Positions 47,175-57,420 of a DNA stretch of 58,231 nucleotides are shown here, piece after piece. The stretch's first letter is position 1. Each line of letters begins with the position of its first letter. The DNA lies in the IMG/VR virus record IMGVR_UViG_3300047545_000612, positions 1-58,231 of that record. One strand, given 5' to 3'. The translations under genes were made by a program, and so were the position numbers. Source of the stretch: a virus. Its lineage: Duplodnaviria > Caudoviricetes. Below the pieces are notes generated by a model. That model was given only the letters and a program-made list of their open reading frames with translations. It was not told the origin of the DNA and did not search any database.

Positions 47175-47579
47175 TTATTTTTGTTTTACTATTTCTATTA
47201 GCTTCTTAAGACATTCAAGTTCTGCTTCTTCGTAGGTAGTATAGAAAGTGCTTCTAAATATACCCTTATGATGTTTACCGCATTTTACTACATTAAAAAA
47301 GTATTGTATCTTTTTTGAGTGTGTTATGTTATCATGAGGTATTCCTATATTTATAACAGTATGTAATGGATACTTCTCTCTAAACCATCTAAATGCTTGT
47401 GAGAATGTCGGTGCTATACAAGCTGAAGAACTGTTAGGATATTGACCTTCTCCTGAGAGATCGAATGTTAATACCCATTTATTGTTCTGTATTGTACTAT
47501 ATTCTGCAAATGTTCTTTTATTGAATTCTAATTCTTTTAGGGCTAATGCTTGTTCGTAAGGTATAAATTCTTTATCCAT
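47175..47579 (-). CDS. hypothetical protein
   Basis: YEQALALKEL.F...APTFSQAFRWFREKY...TYEEAELECLKKLI motif. Confidence 0.7.
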   Translation of the reverse strand: MDKEFIPYEQALALKELEFNKRTFAEYSTIQNNKWVLTFDLSGEGQYPNSSSACIAPTFSQAFRWFREKYPLHTVINIGIPHDNITHSKKIQYFFNVVKCGKHHKGIFRSTFYTTYEEAELECLKKLIEIVKQK

Positions 47580-47635
47580 AACTGCTTCTATTAGTTTATA
47601 TGGCTAAAGATACGTACAAAGATTCGTTCTAGCAA

Positions 47636-48046
47636 CTATTTAGTTAATATTTTTACACTAGTAATTACATTCCATACTTGCTCTGGAGTCTCAAAGTCAA
47701 CTGTAATAGTATCTTTTCCATCTGACAAATCAATCTTACCGTCCCAATCAATAAGAGTTGGAACTTGGTAAAGATAGTATTGTATCAATGCAAATTGTTC
47801 TTTACTAAAATGAGCTCTGAATAGATTCTCTATTACTTGTAGGAATTTCTCCTCGTAGATTGACATATCAACTCCAATCTCTTCTTCCATGAAGTCTCTT
47901 CTGTCTTCTATCTCTCTCAGTAGAATTATACTTTCAATAAAGAGCTTCTTCTCAATTACATCTCGAGCCATATCTCTTTCTTTAATAGTTACACTACCCT
48001 TTAAGTAACTGTTTATTCCCTTCCTTAATTCCTTCTTTAAATTCAT
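47636..48046 (-). CDS. hypothetical protein
   Basis: 136 aa ORF. Confidence 0.65.
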   Translation of the reverse strand: MNLKKELRKGINSYLKGSVTIKERDMARDVIEKKLFIESIILLREIEDRRDFMEEEIGVDMSIYEEKFLQVIENLFRAHFSKEQFALIQYYLYQVPTLIDWDGKIDLSDGKDTITVDFETPEQVWNVITSVKILTK

Positions 48047-48200
48047 AGCCTTTTACTTCAAAAATTGTTAGGAAATCGTTTACTGGTAGTTGTTTTGTAA
48101 GTGAAAAGAATCTAATAGCTTCCTCTCTACTTACAGCATCCACAACCCCTATTGGTTCCTGTGAAGGGTTGTTCTTTGAATAAAAACAAAACTGTGCCAT
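47994..48200 (-). CDS. hypothetical protein
   Basis: 68 aa ORF. Confidence 0.6.
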   Translation of the reverse strand: MAQFCFYSKNNPSQEPIGVVDAVSREEAIRFFSLTKQLPVNDFLTIFEVKGYEFKEGIKEGNKQLLKG

Positions 48201-48220
48201 ACTTTATATTGTGTTAGTGA

Positions 48221-48562
48221 TTACTCTCCTGCTGCTTGGTTCAAAGCATTGATGATGATCTTGTTAAGGTATTCTATATAGATAAAGAATCCAATTACTG
48301 TCTTATCCTTTAACTCTCTATCTCTCTCAACAGATAATCCTAGTCCTGTTAGTTCTTGATTCAACTTAGCTCCTAAGTCCATAGCGATCTCGTCTTGTTG
48401 TTGCTTAGACATTCCTGTGAAGGTAGTTGGAAGGAATTGAACCTTAACCCCTTTCTTGTTTGGATCCTCATTGACATCAATCTTAAGAACGAACTTGTGT
48501 CCTTTAAAATTAACCTTAGTCACCTCTGAAAGGATCTCTCTTATGTGTTCTGCTAATATCAT
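48221..48562 (-). CDS. hypothetical (late) protein
   Basis: Late motif at 48574; MILAEHIREILSE leader. Confidence 0.65.
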   Translation of the reverse strand: MILAEHIREILSEVTKVNFKGHKFVLKIDVNEDPNKKGVKVQFLPTTFTGMSKQQQDEIAMDLGAKLNQELTGLGLSVERDRELKDKTVIGFFIYIEYLNKIIINALNQAAGE

Positions 48563-48583
48563 ATTGTTTTTAATATAAATAGT

Positions 48584-49351
48584 TTAAATGTACTTTAAGT
48601 TAGTCTTTGGATCATGTTTGATGTAGTCTCCCCACTTATACTTTGCATACGCATGACCATGCTGTTCTGAGGTTCTCCTCTCTTGCTCCTTCTCTGGAGT
48701 CATTGTTGTTAGTGATACAAAGTGGTAGAAATGTAAGTTCCAGTTACGGATCATCTTCAATCCAGATAGTTGACACTTGACAAAAAAGTCCCAGTCAGCT
48801 ACCATTCCAAGATCGTAATTTTCATCCCAACCTCCAACTCTTAAATAATCTATCCTAGACATAAAGATAGGGAGTGTTGAGCCGCTCTCCTCTTTCTTAT
48901 CTCCTGATGCAATGTGGTAATCATATCTCCAGAAGTCCTCTAGGTCAAACGTCTTAGGATCTCTTCCTAAGTCTTTAATGTGGAACTGAGAGAACATACT
49001 AGAGAATGGTTCAATTTGATTTGGAGTAATTACAGCTCCCTCTTCCCATTCCTCTTCTAATATAGTATCCCAATGTTGGGGAAATACATTATCGTCGTTT
49101 ACGATTAAGATCTTATTGTTAGATGCATTATAGACTCCTAGGTTAGTTCCTCTACATAGTCCTACATTCTGTTTTAGATCTAATACCTTAATAGAGTCCT
49201 TCCACTTCTCTAAGACTTCCTTATTCAAATCATAAAATCCATCTACGACTACTATGATCTCATTACTATTTACCTGACCTGTTATAGCTGATCTTAAACA
49301 AAGATCCAGAGCATCCGGTGATTTATATGTTGGTATAATTACTGATATCAT
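48584..49351 (-). CDS. glycosyltransferase family 2
   Basis: ISVIIPTY...VVVDG...N.G...NDD...VGGWDE...DWDF. Confidence 0.85.
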   Translation of the reverse strand: MISVIIPTYKSPDALDLCLRSAITGQVNSNEIIVVVDGFYDLNKEVLEKWKDSIKVLDLKQNVGLCRGTNLGVYNASNNKILIVNDDNVFPQHWDTILEEEWEEGAVITPNQIEPFSSMFSQFHIKDLGRDPKTFDLEDFWRYDYHIASGDKKEESGSTLPIFMSRIDYLRVGGWDENYDLGMVADWDFFVKCQLSGLKMIRNWNLHFYHFVSLTTMTPEKEQERRTSEQHGHAYAKYKWGDYIKHDPKTNLKYI

Positions 49352-50067
49352 ATAACTAATAGGTTTGTCTGTGTTGCTAAATATCCAAATACTCGTTCCA
49401 TTGCATGTGCTGCTGAGTTATCTCTAACGTAGTTCTCTTCAAACATACTGTAAATACTATCTATTACTTCATCTGTAAATATGGAGTTCATGTAGATATC
49501 ATTTACCATAAACATAGTTCCTGCAATAAAAGATCCTTTTGTAAGTATATTTAGTTCCTTACATATATTACTAATATGTTCTTGAAGCTCTTCTGTATTC
49601 CTTCCAGGGTCTTCCTCGCTTGATATAGTATATAAGCCTGTACCTACCATTACCGGTTCTGTATATTCTAATAGATATTCAGAAATGCTTTTGTGGGATT
49701 TTAGTATTGGAGCGTATAAAGACCTTCTCCAATGCTCTCCTATACCTGCTGTATGTAAGGATTTCTTACTATGTATTTTTGTAATTGTTCCATACTTTCC
49801 TCTTATCTTTTTATAAGTTAAAAGAAAAGGACCTATATCCATTCCCCTATTGGGAACTATTTCTACGTTACTGGTAACTGTTAATATGTCTTTAAGGTGT
49901 TCATCTTCCGGATCTACTACTGTTACGTATAGGTCGACAGTATCGGAAAGTATCGGTAGAAGTACTTCCTTAAACTCTTCCCAAAGATCTTGATAATATA
50001 AATGCAGTACTATTGCTGATTTCATTTTATAGTTTTCCTTGTTTAACTTCTTGATAAATCTGTTCAA
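49348..50067 (-). CDS. rhamnan synthesis F (RgpF)-like glycosyltransferase
   Basis: LHLYYQDLW, NRGMDIGPF, KIHSKKS, FIAGTMF and HAMERVFG; start likely MKSAIV. Confidence 0.8.
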   Translation of the reverse strand: MNRFIKKLNKENYKMKSAIVLHLYYQDLWEEFKEVLLPILSDTVDLYVTVVDPEDEHLKDILTVTSNVEIVPNRGMDIGPFLLTYKKIRGKYGTITKIHSKKSLHTAGIGEHWRRSLYAPILKSHKSISEYLLEYTEPVMVGTGLYTISSEEDPGRNTEELQEHISNICKELNILTKGSFIAGTMFMVNDIYMNSIFTDEVIDSIYSMFEENYVRDNSAAHAMERVFGYLATQTNLLVI

Positions 50068-50530
50068 TAGTCATACGTCTACCTAGTATATTCATCTCAT
50101 TTCTTACTCCAGACTGTATCAAAGACAGCCAGTATTTAAACTCTGATAGTCCTAGAACATATCTAGTTGTATCCTGTATCGGTGGAACTGTTCCTTCTTT
50201 TATACAGGTTTTAAAATAATTTAGTATAGTTGTTGGAGTAGTTGCCCACTCTAATACTTCCACTCTTACTATAGTGTAACTGTTAAAAGTATTTCGTATA
50301 TACTCTTCTATAAATTGCTTATGTTGTGTATACCTGTCTTTTTTGTAATATATTCCTAAATTAGAGAAGTATACAATATGTTGTGTACTATTAACTGACT
50401 TTAGTAATGTAATCTCTCGAGCATATTCATCTTCGTCTGTACATAAGCTGTTACTTACTCCAGATGCAAAATATACTAGATCTTCTCTATCGTCTAATAC
50501 CTTAGCAATACTTCCATTACCTATTATCAT
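50027..50530 (-). CDS. truncated NAD-dependent epimerase/SDR-like protein
   Basis: IIGNGSIA, FASGVSNS, VYFS...Y..HK...E motifs. Confidence 0.7.
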   Translation of the reverse strand: MIIGNGSIAKVLDDREDLVYFASGVSNSLCTDEDEYAREITLLKSVNSTQHIVYFSNLGIYYKKDRYTQHKQFIEEYIRNTFNSYTIVRVEVLEWATTPTTILNYFKTCIKEGTVPPIQDTTRYVLGLSEFKYWLSLIQSGVRNEMNILGRRMTIEQIYQEVKQGKL

Positions 50531-50540
50531 ATCTTACTTT

Positions 50541-51131
50541 TTAATTATGAACAAATAATACACCTGGTGTTTTTACAGCATTTGTACTCTTTGCAAGCTT
50601 CTCGGCATATATCCCGTCAGCTATTCCTTCGTAGTTTGTCCAAGGAGTATCTTTTACTAAATCCATTCTTACTATAAAAGATCCTATATCAATTCTAGAT
50701 ATTGCCGGTGTTACGTTGAGTGTATCGTAGTTGTAATGACTATGTACTGTATCGAAATATACCATACCGCTTTGCGATATACGGGCAGTATTTAAAGCTC
50801 TTTCTAGAAATACAGGCACATAGTAATTATCGTCGTTTGTAAACACTACCCAATCGGCATGTGGTTCAATTAACGCAGTTGGATGTCTGTGGTAATGTCC
50901 CCAAGCCTGCTTTCTTTCTAAATTATCTAGTAATTTAATTTTAGAGCTTAGTTTTTCTATTTGTTCTTTTAAAGTAGGGTCATCTAATGGACCGTCGTGG
51001 TGTATTATTACTTCAAAATTTTGATAGGTTTGCGCTAGTATTGAATAAAGCAAACAGAATATCCCGGGTATTTTTTTAGGGTCGTTTAAATAAGATGCTA
51101 CTACAAACCTTACTTTTCCATCTGTACTCAT
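50541..51131 (-). CDS. glycosyltransferase family 2
   Basis: AQTYQNFEVIIHHDG...WGH..R...FTNDDNYY. Confidence 0.8.
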   Translation of the reverse strand: MSTDGKVRFVVASYLNDPKKIPGIFCLLYSILAQTYQNFEVIIHHDGPLDDPTLKEQIEKLSSKIKLLDNLERKQAWGHYHRHPTALIEPHADWVVFTNDDNYYVPVFLERALNTARISQSGMVYFDTVHSHYNYDTLNVTPAISRIDIGSFIVRMDLVKDTPWTNYEGIADGIYAEKLAKSTNAVKTPGVLFVHN

Positions 51132-51787
51132 ACTCCGTGATTATTTCTTTCATTATTTTGCAATTGATCGTATAGGTCATTTTGCTTAACCTGTTTATCA
51201 ATTGTCTTAGGATGGTATAGGTTGTAGTATTCTTTTGCCTCTAATCTGGCATATGATTTAAACCCATCTAACCTTTCGTGTACTTTATTAACCCACTTTA
51301 TCTCAGGACAGTTTCTGTAGATTCTCCATTGGTAGTCTGGGAAGTTAACCCATCCTTGATCGTTTACATTCCATCCCCATTTTTGAATATGTTCAGGTGT
51401 TAATCCCTCTACTGTATTAATCCTAGGAACTAATATTACATCAGCCTCTGGAGTTTCTGTAAGCATGTACGGTAGGTGCTCTAGTAATATACTGTTAGGC
51501 ATCTCATCAGCATCTATCTGGAAGATATAATCTCCTTTACAGCTAGATGTTAGTAAATTCTTCCAGTCAGCAAAGTGTCCTCTAAAAGTAGCCTCCGCTA
51601 ATGTAATGTAGTTGGAACTACTTAACCTATGCAGGTACCCTAATAGTTCAGATGTAGGTTCATTTTTAGACAAATCTACCAAGACAACTACTTCATCCTC
51701 TATTCTCTTATTCTGTAGAAGAAATGGAATGAGCTTCTGTATTTCAAGAAACTCATTACAAACTGTTATTGCATAACTTATTTTCAT
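51128..51787 (-). CDS. glycosyltransferase family 2
   Basis: ISYAITVCNE...IFQIDADE...PDYQWRIY...VHE. Confidence 0.85.
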   Translation of the reverse strand: MKISYAITVCNEFLEIQKLIPFLLQNKRIEDEVVVLVDLSKNEPTSELLGYLHRLSSSNYITLAEATFRGHFADWKNLLTSSCKGDYIFQIDADEMPNSILLEHLPYMLTETPEADVILVPRINTVEGLTPEHIQKWGWNVNDQGWVNFPDYQWRIYRNCPEIKWVNKVHERLDGFKSYARLEAKEYYNLYHPKTIDKQVKQNDLYDQLQNNERNNHGV

Positions 51788-51804
51788 ACTTAAATATAAG
51801 AACT

Positions 51805-52254
51805 TTATTTCTGTTCTACAACATCAAAGAAGCCAATTGAGTCAAGTGCTTCCATAAAATCCTCCTTAGCAAAGTGTTGGATGTTCTTCATATCCATCTT
51901 GTGAGTTTGATCTTTAGGGAAGTTCTTCTTCTCTTCTTCAGTAATCTTAATTGCTTTTACTGCAGCCCATTGCCAATTTTCTTTTGCTGTACCATCTACA
52001 AACACCATTCCTTTCCCAGGAAGAGTCATTGTTGAAGGAAACCATACTCTATTGTCCTTATCGACAAACATGATATCCTTGTACAGTTCTGGAGAGTTTG
52101 CAAGAGTATCTAATACTACTTTACTATTTACTTCCATTAAAGTTGATGTAGTGAATCCACATCCAAAACAGAAGTGAGTTGTTACTTCTTCGTTTACTTG
52201 TTGCTCGTAACAAGCATTACCTCCACAGTGTGGACATACTATCATTGCTTCCAT
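51805..52254 (-). CDS. Zn-ribbon hypothetical protein
   Basis: CPHCG...CFGCGF. Confidence 0.65.
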   Translation of the reverse strand: MEAMIVCPHCGGNACYEQQVNEEVTTHFCFGCGFTTSTLMEVNSKVVLDTLANSPELYKDIMFVDKDNRVWFPSTMTLPGKGMVFVDGTAKENWQWAAVKAIKITEEEKKNFPKDQTHKMDMKNIQHFAKEDFMEALDSIGFFDVVEQK

Positions 52255-52404
52255 TATTCTATCTTTTTTAACTATTTCTTATTGATATTAAATTACCATT
52301 CTTATCTTTTTCAAAATGATAATCTTTTTTATCTTTTTGCATTTTGTAAAGAAGCACTTCCATCTCCTTTAACTTCCTTCCTAGGATAGCTTCAACCTTT
52401 TCCA

Positions 52405-53694
52405 TTATTCTATCTTTTTTAATTTTGGCAGTTCTACTTTTTTAAGCTGTGGCAGTTTTAATTCAACCATCTTAGGGAACTCAGGTACATACTGTGTTAG
52501 AAGGTTATCCAACGTCTCTCTCATCTTTTCATAAGAGAACTCAGTCCTACTTTTATACCCTTGTCTTTTAGCTAATTCCTTATGTGTAGCATAATTCTTA
52601 TATACATCCTCTAAAGCCTTTCCTACTTGAGCAGGATCTGGTGTGAACCATTGGCTCTCTTTTAATATCATCTTTTCTATAACTGCTGATGGATGTACGT
52701 TTGTTAGATTTCCTCCTATGAATTTTACAAACTCTGGTGATAGGTAATCAACTTGTCCTGACCAGTACGATGCTATGATTGGCTTATTAACTAAACTAAA
52801 TTCTAATAACGGTCTTCCGAATCCTTCTCCTTTTGTTAGAGAGATCATTGCCTTTACTTTACCGTGATTGTATAATTCATTTACCTCAGCATCAGTCATA
52901 TCTCCATGTAAGACATATATGTTAGGTAAGTTACCTTTAACTGTCTTTCTTATTGCATCAATCTTATCCAATACAGCATCTCTATCCATAATAGATGTTC
53001 CTGCTCCTGCTTGTACTTTAAGTATAAGTCCTGGCTGTTTATTAGCTGGTTTGTTCTTGAATGTCTCTAGGAATGATTTGATTGTAAATCCAATATTCTT
53101 TCTATCCTCTCCTAAGTCTCCTGGTAGCCAATGTCCTACTACTAAGAAGCAAAATGACTCATCAATTGTACTTAGGTCTAAGTTAGTTGGTAGTGGAGCA
53201 TACTTCTCAATATCAGCTCCTTCGAATAAAACCTCTACCTTAGTAGTTAGTTCAATTGAGCTTGTAATTTGCTTAGTTTTATCATCCTGCACATCAAACT
53301 TACTTGTTTCAAAAGTCTTTTTAGCGTGTTGGGAAGATACTACTACCAAGTCCATTTTATTACATCCCTGTATCCAGGTTGGATCACAAAGTGTAGTCTC
53401 CATTCCTGCTGTTACTCCAATGTTATACTTACCTATCTTTTGGAATTCATTAGGTACAGTAATTTGAATCCAAACATCTGGCTGTTGTGTTAGATTAGGT
53501 ACGATTCTTGGAAGTAGATTAGTGTCGTTGTGATCGGCTAAATATCCAAACCTAGTACTACCCCATCTTTGAGATAGGATCTGTACTTCATATTTACCTG
53601 TATCTATAATTGATTGAACAAAGTCTCTTGATCTTGCTCCATATCCTGAGTAAGTGTCAATAGGACAGCTTACGACTAATAGCGGTTTACTCAT
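52405..53694 (-). CDS. glycosyltransferase family 4 (GT-B)
   Basis: SGYG..SR, RKNI, TKGEGFGRPLLE...SGQVDY. Confidence 0.85.
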   Translation of the reverse strand: MSKPLLVVSCPIDTYSGYGARSRDFVQSIIDTGKYEVQILSQRWGSTRFGYLADHNDTNLLPRIVPNLTQQPDVWIQITVPNEFQKIGKYNIGVTAGMETTLCDPTWIQGCNKMDLVVVSSQHAKKTFETSKFDVQDDKTKQITSSIELTTKVEVLFEGADIEKYAPLPTNLDLSTIDESFCFLVVGHWLPGDLGEDRKNIGFTIKSFLETFKNKPANKQPGLILKVQAGAGTSIMDRDAVLDKIDAIRKTVKGNLPNIYVLHGDMTDAEVNELYNHGKVKAMISLTKGEGFGRPLLEFSLVNKPIIASYWSGQVDYLSPEFVKFIGGNLTNVHPSAVIEKMILKESQWFTPDPAQVGKALEDVYKNYATHKELAKRQGYKSRTEFSYEKMRETLDNLLTQYVPEFPKMVELKLPQLKKVELPKLKKIE

Positions 53695-53696
53695 AA

Positions 53697-55139
53697 CTAG
53701 TATAATAATTTATGTGTGATGTGTTTTTTAGGCCTATCTGTTACTTTTATTAAATCATATCTCGATCTAGGAGTGAACTTCTCAAAAGTCTCATCAATAG
53801 CATCTACTACATTCTCACACATCATTCGTGCTGACATTCCTGATTCATCTGATGTTACCCACTCTCTTGCTAACATACCTCTTCTGTCTCTCTCCTCTTT
53901 CCCTAATGTGTATACAGACTCTAAAGCCTCTGCAACGTCTTCTGGACTGCATCTATCATCAAATATGTAAGGAGTTGGAACTGAACCTACCATTGAGATG
54001 TTGGAAGGGAATACCGGTACTGCCCACTTACCGCACTTTTTAAAGGTACCTCTGTGGTTTGAAGGAAAATCAGAAGTGAAGTCAATCCACTTTCCATCAT
54101 TGTATTCAAACCTCATTTGATCTTGCATACCTCCAGTTACGTTAGCGATAATCATTCTACCTGCCATCATAGCTTCTGTTAGAGATAATCCCCATCCTTC
54201 GTTAGAGGATATCAACATATTAACGTCTGAGATATTATAAAGTAAATTCATGTGAGCTGCATCTAATCTCTCTTGAGAAAAGAATACATTTACGTAACTG
54301 TCATCACAGAGAGCTTCCCTTACTGCTGCCAAGTCTGTACCATTTTCATCTACTGCTGCAGTATGCATTACTAAGGCACATTTTTTAGCTTTCTCTTTTC
54401 CTATTCGATCACAGAATAATCTATAAGCTAAAATAACATCCCCTGGTGATTTCCTTCTGATGTTTCTTGAGTTCCAGAATGCAACGAATTCAATATCCTT
54501 TCCTTGGAATAAATTCTTTTTAAACTCAGCCAATTGAGCTACTTCTTCTGGCTTATTAATAGGATAGAAATACTTCTCATTAATTCCATGAGGAACATAT
54601 TTAAGTACTTTATCCTTGGCTGCTTCTCCTAATACAATCTCATTAATATTCTTTGTCTGTTTTGAGATAGACATTAACAAGTCACATGATTCGTAATACG
54701 CTTTATTGTATAAAGGAGTTGGATAATCATCCCAGATGTTTAAATACATCAAAGGTATTTCATTTCTAATCTCTCTTTCGATTTCAAATAACCAAGTCCA
54801 ATATCTAGGATCTGTAAAGATCATAATAGCATCTGGTTGGAATTGTTTAATCAATCCTCTAATTTGCATAGCATCTCCATACCCTGAGTTAGGTATTACT
54901 ATTACGCTAGCATCATCTATTTCATTCAACCTACTAACCTCTTGAGAGATATCAAGAGCTTGTCCCTGCTCTGGGTGCTTAATGGCTGCTCCTAGGTTGA
55001 CCCAGTTAAAGTGGTGGGATGTTCCTATAACAATTTCCCTTGCCATAGTTGCGATACCAGAATGCATTCTAATATCATCGCATAACAGTAAGACCTTCTT
55101 ACGGTCTTCCTTTTTTACATAACGGAATTTGTCTTTCAT
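53697..55139 (-). CDS. glycosyltransferase family 4 (GT-B)
   Basis: VPHGI, NSRNIRRK, SNEGWGLSLTEAM...TGG. Confidence 0.85.
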   Translation of the reverse strand: MKDKFRYVKKEDRKKVLLLCDDIRMHSGIATMAREIVIGTSHHFNWVNLGAAIKHPEQGQALDISQEVSRLNEIDDASVIVIPNSGYGDAMQIRGLIKQFQPDAIMIFTDPRYWTWLFEIEREIRNEIPLMYLNIWDDYPTPLYNKAYYESCDLLMSISKQTKNINEIVLGEAAKDKVLKYVPHGINEKYFYPINKPEEVAQLAEFKKNLFQGKDIEFVAFWNSRNIRRKSPGDVILAYRLFCDRIGKEKAKKCALVMHTAAVDENGTDLAAVREALCDDSYVNVFFSQERLDAAHMNLLYNISDVNMLISSNEGWGLSLTEAMMAGRMIIANVTGGMQDQMRFEYNDGKWIDFTSDFPSNHRGTFKKCGKWAVPVFPSNISMVGSVPTPYIFDDRCSPEDVAEALESVYTLGKEERDRRGMLAREWVTSDESGMSARMMCENVVDAIDETFEKFTPRSRYDLIKVTDRPKKHITHKLLY

Positions 55140-55143
55140 GTAA

Positions 55144-55326
55144 CTATTTTAATTTAATATTTGTCTGTGCGTGTAACTTTTGTTTAAAGTCTTCTTCTGT
55201 AAGATAAAGAAAAATAGCTCTGTCTACAAGCTTTTGTAGAGAGAATTTATGTCTTATACATTGCTCTTTAAATTGCTGTAGCAATTCTTCTTCTACCTTA
55301 ACCGATGTTAATTTTTTACTGTCCAT
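55144..55326 (-). CDS. ribbon-helix-helix DNA-binding protein
   Basis: LTSVKV..L...FK..C.....SLQKLV.RAI. Confidence 0.65.
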   Translation of the reverse strand: MDSKKLTSVKVEEELLQQFKEQCIRHKFSLQKLVDRAIFLYLTEEDFKQKLHAQTNIKLK

Positions 55327-55360
55327 AGTTTATATAATTATATTTATATATAAATATACC

Positions 55361-56302
55361 CTATCCTAAAAAACCTATCTTACAATGCTCTGTTCCTTTA
55401 TAATTACAGAACATACAATTAGATTTAGAAGGACGTTGCTCATAGTCTTTTCTAATATACTGACCTTGCTCATCAAAAGCATCTTCAATAAATTTAGATA
55501 ATGCACTAGTGGCTTGTCCTCTTTTTATCTTTCCGGATGGTGGTACGAACTCTTGAATTCTTCTTCCCATGGCCGGATACATTGGATCGTCTGGTACTTT
55601 CCTTTTAACAATAAAATACTTTACATCTACCTTATCAACATCTAAGTTAAATTGCTTGGCTAGGAATTCTTTATAAAGAAGTAACTGAGCTAGTTTTTTA
55701 TCATCCTTCTTTGCATAGTCACTCCATCCTGAGGTTGATGTCTTGATATCTAAAATGATATACCTATCGTCCTGTTCATCGTAAAGTACAATATCAATAT
55801 ACCCTTTAAAGAATATATTCTCTACTAGCTTATGTACTAGCGGAATTTCTACTCCTACCAGCCTCATATACTTGGTACCGAAGTACGCAGAGCGTTTCTT
55901 CTTAATGTACTTTAGTATTTCAACTCCATCATTATGAAACTCAGATAGTTGCTCAGAACTAGAAAAGTGCTCTCCGTATTTTTCTTTCTCTTTAGCATAA
56001 ATTGTAAAGAGTCTGTCTTCAAGCATCTGCCCTAAATCCATTTCGGTCGCCTTTTTTACACTACCGTCATACAATTCAGTTAACCATTCTTGTACAACCT
56101 CATGAAGGGCTGTACCAAAAACAGTATGAATGGATGGTTTGTATATCTGAAGTCCTTCTACATAGTTCAATGCCCATTGGTGAGGGCAGGTGTTGTATGC
56201 TAAAGTCTGACTATAGGATATGGATTTCTGAGTGTCGTAATCAAGTACTATCGGTGTAGCTTCTTTAATAAGCTGTACCTGTTTAATCTGTTTCTTGGCC
56301 AT
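55361..56302 (-). CDS. PD-(D/E)XK Cas4/AddB-like exonuclease
   Basis: SYSQ...CP, FGTALH, VE...GYID...ILDIKT, QLLLY and C..C......C Fe-S cysteines. Confidence 0.85.
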   Translation of the reverse strand: MAKKQIKQVQLIKEATPIVLDYDTQKSISYSQTLAYNTCPHQWALNYVEGLQIYKPSIHTVFGTALHEVVQEWLTELYDGSVKKATEMDLGQMLEDRLFTIYAKEKEKYGEHFSSSEQLSEFHNDGVEILKYIKKKRSAYFGTKYMRLVGVEIPLVHKLVENIFFKGYIDIVLYDEQDDRYIILDIKTSTSGWSDYAKKDDKKLAQLLLYKEFLAKQFNLDVDKVDVKYFIVKRKVPDDPMYPAMGRRIQEFVPPSGKIKRGQATSALSKFIEDAFDEQGQYIRKDYEQRPSKSNCMFCNYKGTEHCKIGFLG

Positions 56303-56549
56303 CTTTCAGCTTTTGTATTTCTCTTTTCAGATACCATAAAGCCTTTTCTAATTCCTGGACTGTAGCGTCTTTCTTTCCTGCTCTAGCAATATACTTAATA
56401 GTATTTCCTAAACAGAAGCCTAAGTTCCAAGCTTCAATAACCTTAATTGCTTCGTATGGATTGTTCTTTCCTCCGTAATGTGCAGGATGGTTGACCGCCT
56501 CTTTAGTTGTAGGTTCGTCAATAGTAATTTGGATCTCCTTTGTATTCAT
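56283..56549 (-). CDS. DUF3310 domain protein
   Basis: VNHPAHY...EAI.VI...GFCLGN.IKY..RAGKK...L.KA.WY. Confidence 0.9.
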   Translation of the reverse strand: MNTKEIQITIDEPTTKEAVNHPAHYGGKNNPYEAIKVIEAWNLGFCLGNTIKYIARAGKKDATVQELEKALWYLKREIQKLKDGQETD

Positions 56550-56616
56550 AATAACATTTGCTTATAACTATAATATAATAAAAAAGGCTTGAATAAACAA
56601 GCCTTTTAATATGTGC

Positions 56617-57012
56617 TTAAAGGATAATCGTTGACTGTCCTTTTGTGTATTGAGCTTTTTTTACTCTTACAACTTCTCCTGTTTCAAGTAATAGACGGAA
56701 GCCGCTAGGTGTCTTTTGTAGAATCTTTACTACTCCTACTTCTCCACCTGTTTTTGGAGTTGATTCAACTACCGGTGCTGGTTGCTCTTCCTCGATTACC
56801 TCAATTACAGGTTCAGGTAGTTCTTCTGTAACTACTTCAACTTGCTCAATCTCTTCCGGTACTACAGTTATAGGTTGTTCCTCTACCGGTAGTTCTTCTA
56901 CGATTGCTTCTCCTGTTTCGATAGCCTCTTCTGTTTCAACTACTGGTGCTTGTTCTACTACAACTTGCTCTACTGGTAATTTCTCCTCTACGATTGCTTT
57001 TTGTTTAGCCAT
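56617..57012 (-). CDS. acidic low-complexity protein
   Basis: E/V/P-rich N-terminus, small basic C-domain. Confidence 0.6.
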   Translation of the reverse strand: MAKQKAIVEEKLPVEQVVVEQAPVVETEEAIETGEAIVEELPVEEQPITVVPEEIEQVEVVTEELPEPVIEVIEEEQPAPVVESTPKTGGEVGVVKILQKTPSGFRLLLETGEVVRVKKAQYTKGQSTIIL

Positions 57013-57018
57013 TTTATT

Positions 57019-57420
57019 CTATTTTATTAATAAGTATGATGTGGTTACTAATCCTACAACCGTTCCTGCTTTGTATAGAAAGGTCTTTCTTCTTTGTCCT
57101 TTTAGTTCTTTGTTTAACTTCTCAGTTAACTCTGCCGATAGGTTTAATTGCTTCTTCTGAGTATCTACAATGAATAAGGTGTTCTTTACTTTGTCCTCTA
57201 ACAATTTGATGATACCATCTTTCTGTCCTTCTCTCTCTTCTAACTTAAGTACCTTGTCTTGAGTTGCTTTTAATTCTAAAACAGCTCCATCGTACTTAAC
57301 TAAGTCCTTAATTACCAATCTAGCAATTGGACTACTAATTCGTACCTTTGTTGTATCTGTCTGCGAAAAACTGCTCAAGCTCGTTAGCAGTATAGCTGTC
57401 AACACGATTAACTTTCTCAT
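57019..57420 (-). CDS. putative spanin component
   Basis: Signal peptide, coiled coil, C-terminal hydrophobic segment; overlaps upstream gene in the lysis cassette. Confidence 0.5.
   Translation of the reverse strand: MRKLIVLTAILLTSLSSFSQTDTTKVRISSPIARLVIKDLVKYDGAVLELKATQDKVLKLEEREGQKDGIIKLLEDKVKNTLFIVDTQKKQLNLSAELTEKLNKELKGQRRKTFLYKAGTVVGLVTTSYLLIK

Larger units (their letters stand above)
34823..47636 (-). promoter_or_regulatory. further copies of the early promoter, several fused to terminator hairpins
   Basis: Copies near 34823, 37141, 39045, 40536, 40782, 43050, 44545, 45500, 45930 and 47600. At 37166, 39070 and 45520 a TTCG- or TCG-loop hairpin lies in the spacer. Confidence 0.7.
3425..55356 (-). 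promoter_or_regulatory. candidate late-promoter motif TATTTAT(A) on the coding strand
   Basis: + strand TATAAATA at 3425, 5433, ~9391, 18072, 20525, 24839, 25241, 48574 and 55349, mostly ~12-25 nt upstream of minus-strand starts. Confidence 0.6.

Noticed and set aside
9-54945. All + strand ORFs in the track (e.g. 9..233, 822..1046, 37248..37784, 39436..39816, 52868..53467)
   Set aside because: They are antisense shadows of well-supported minus-strand genes, with Ser/Leu/Ile-rich composition and no motifs.
55361-56302. Cas4 as part of a CRISPR system
   Set aside because: Solo Cas4-like nucleases are common in phages; no array or other cas genes are present.
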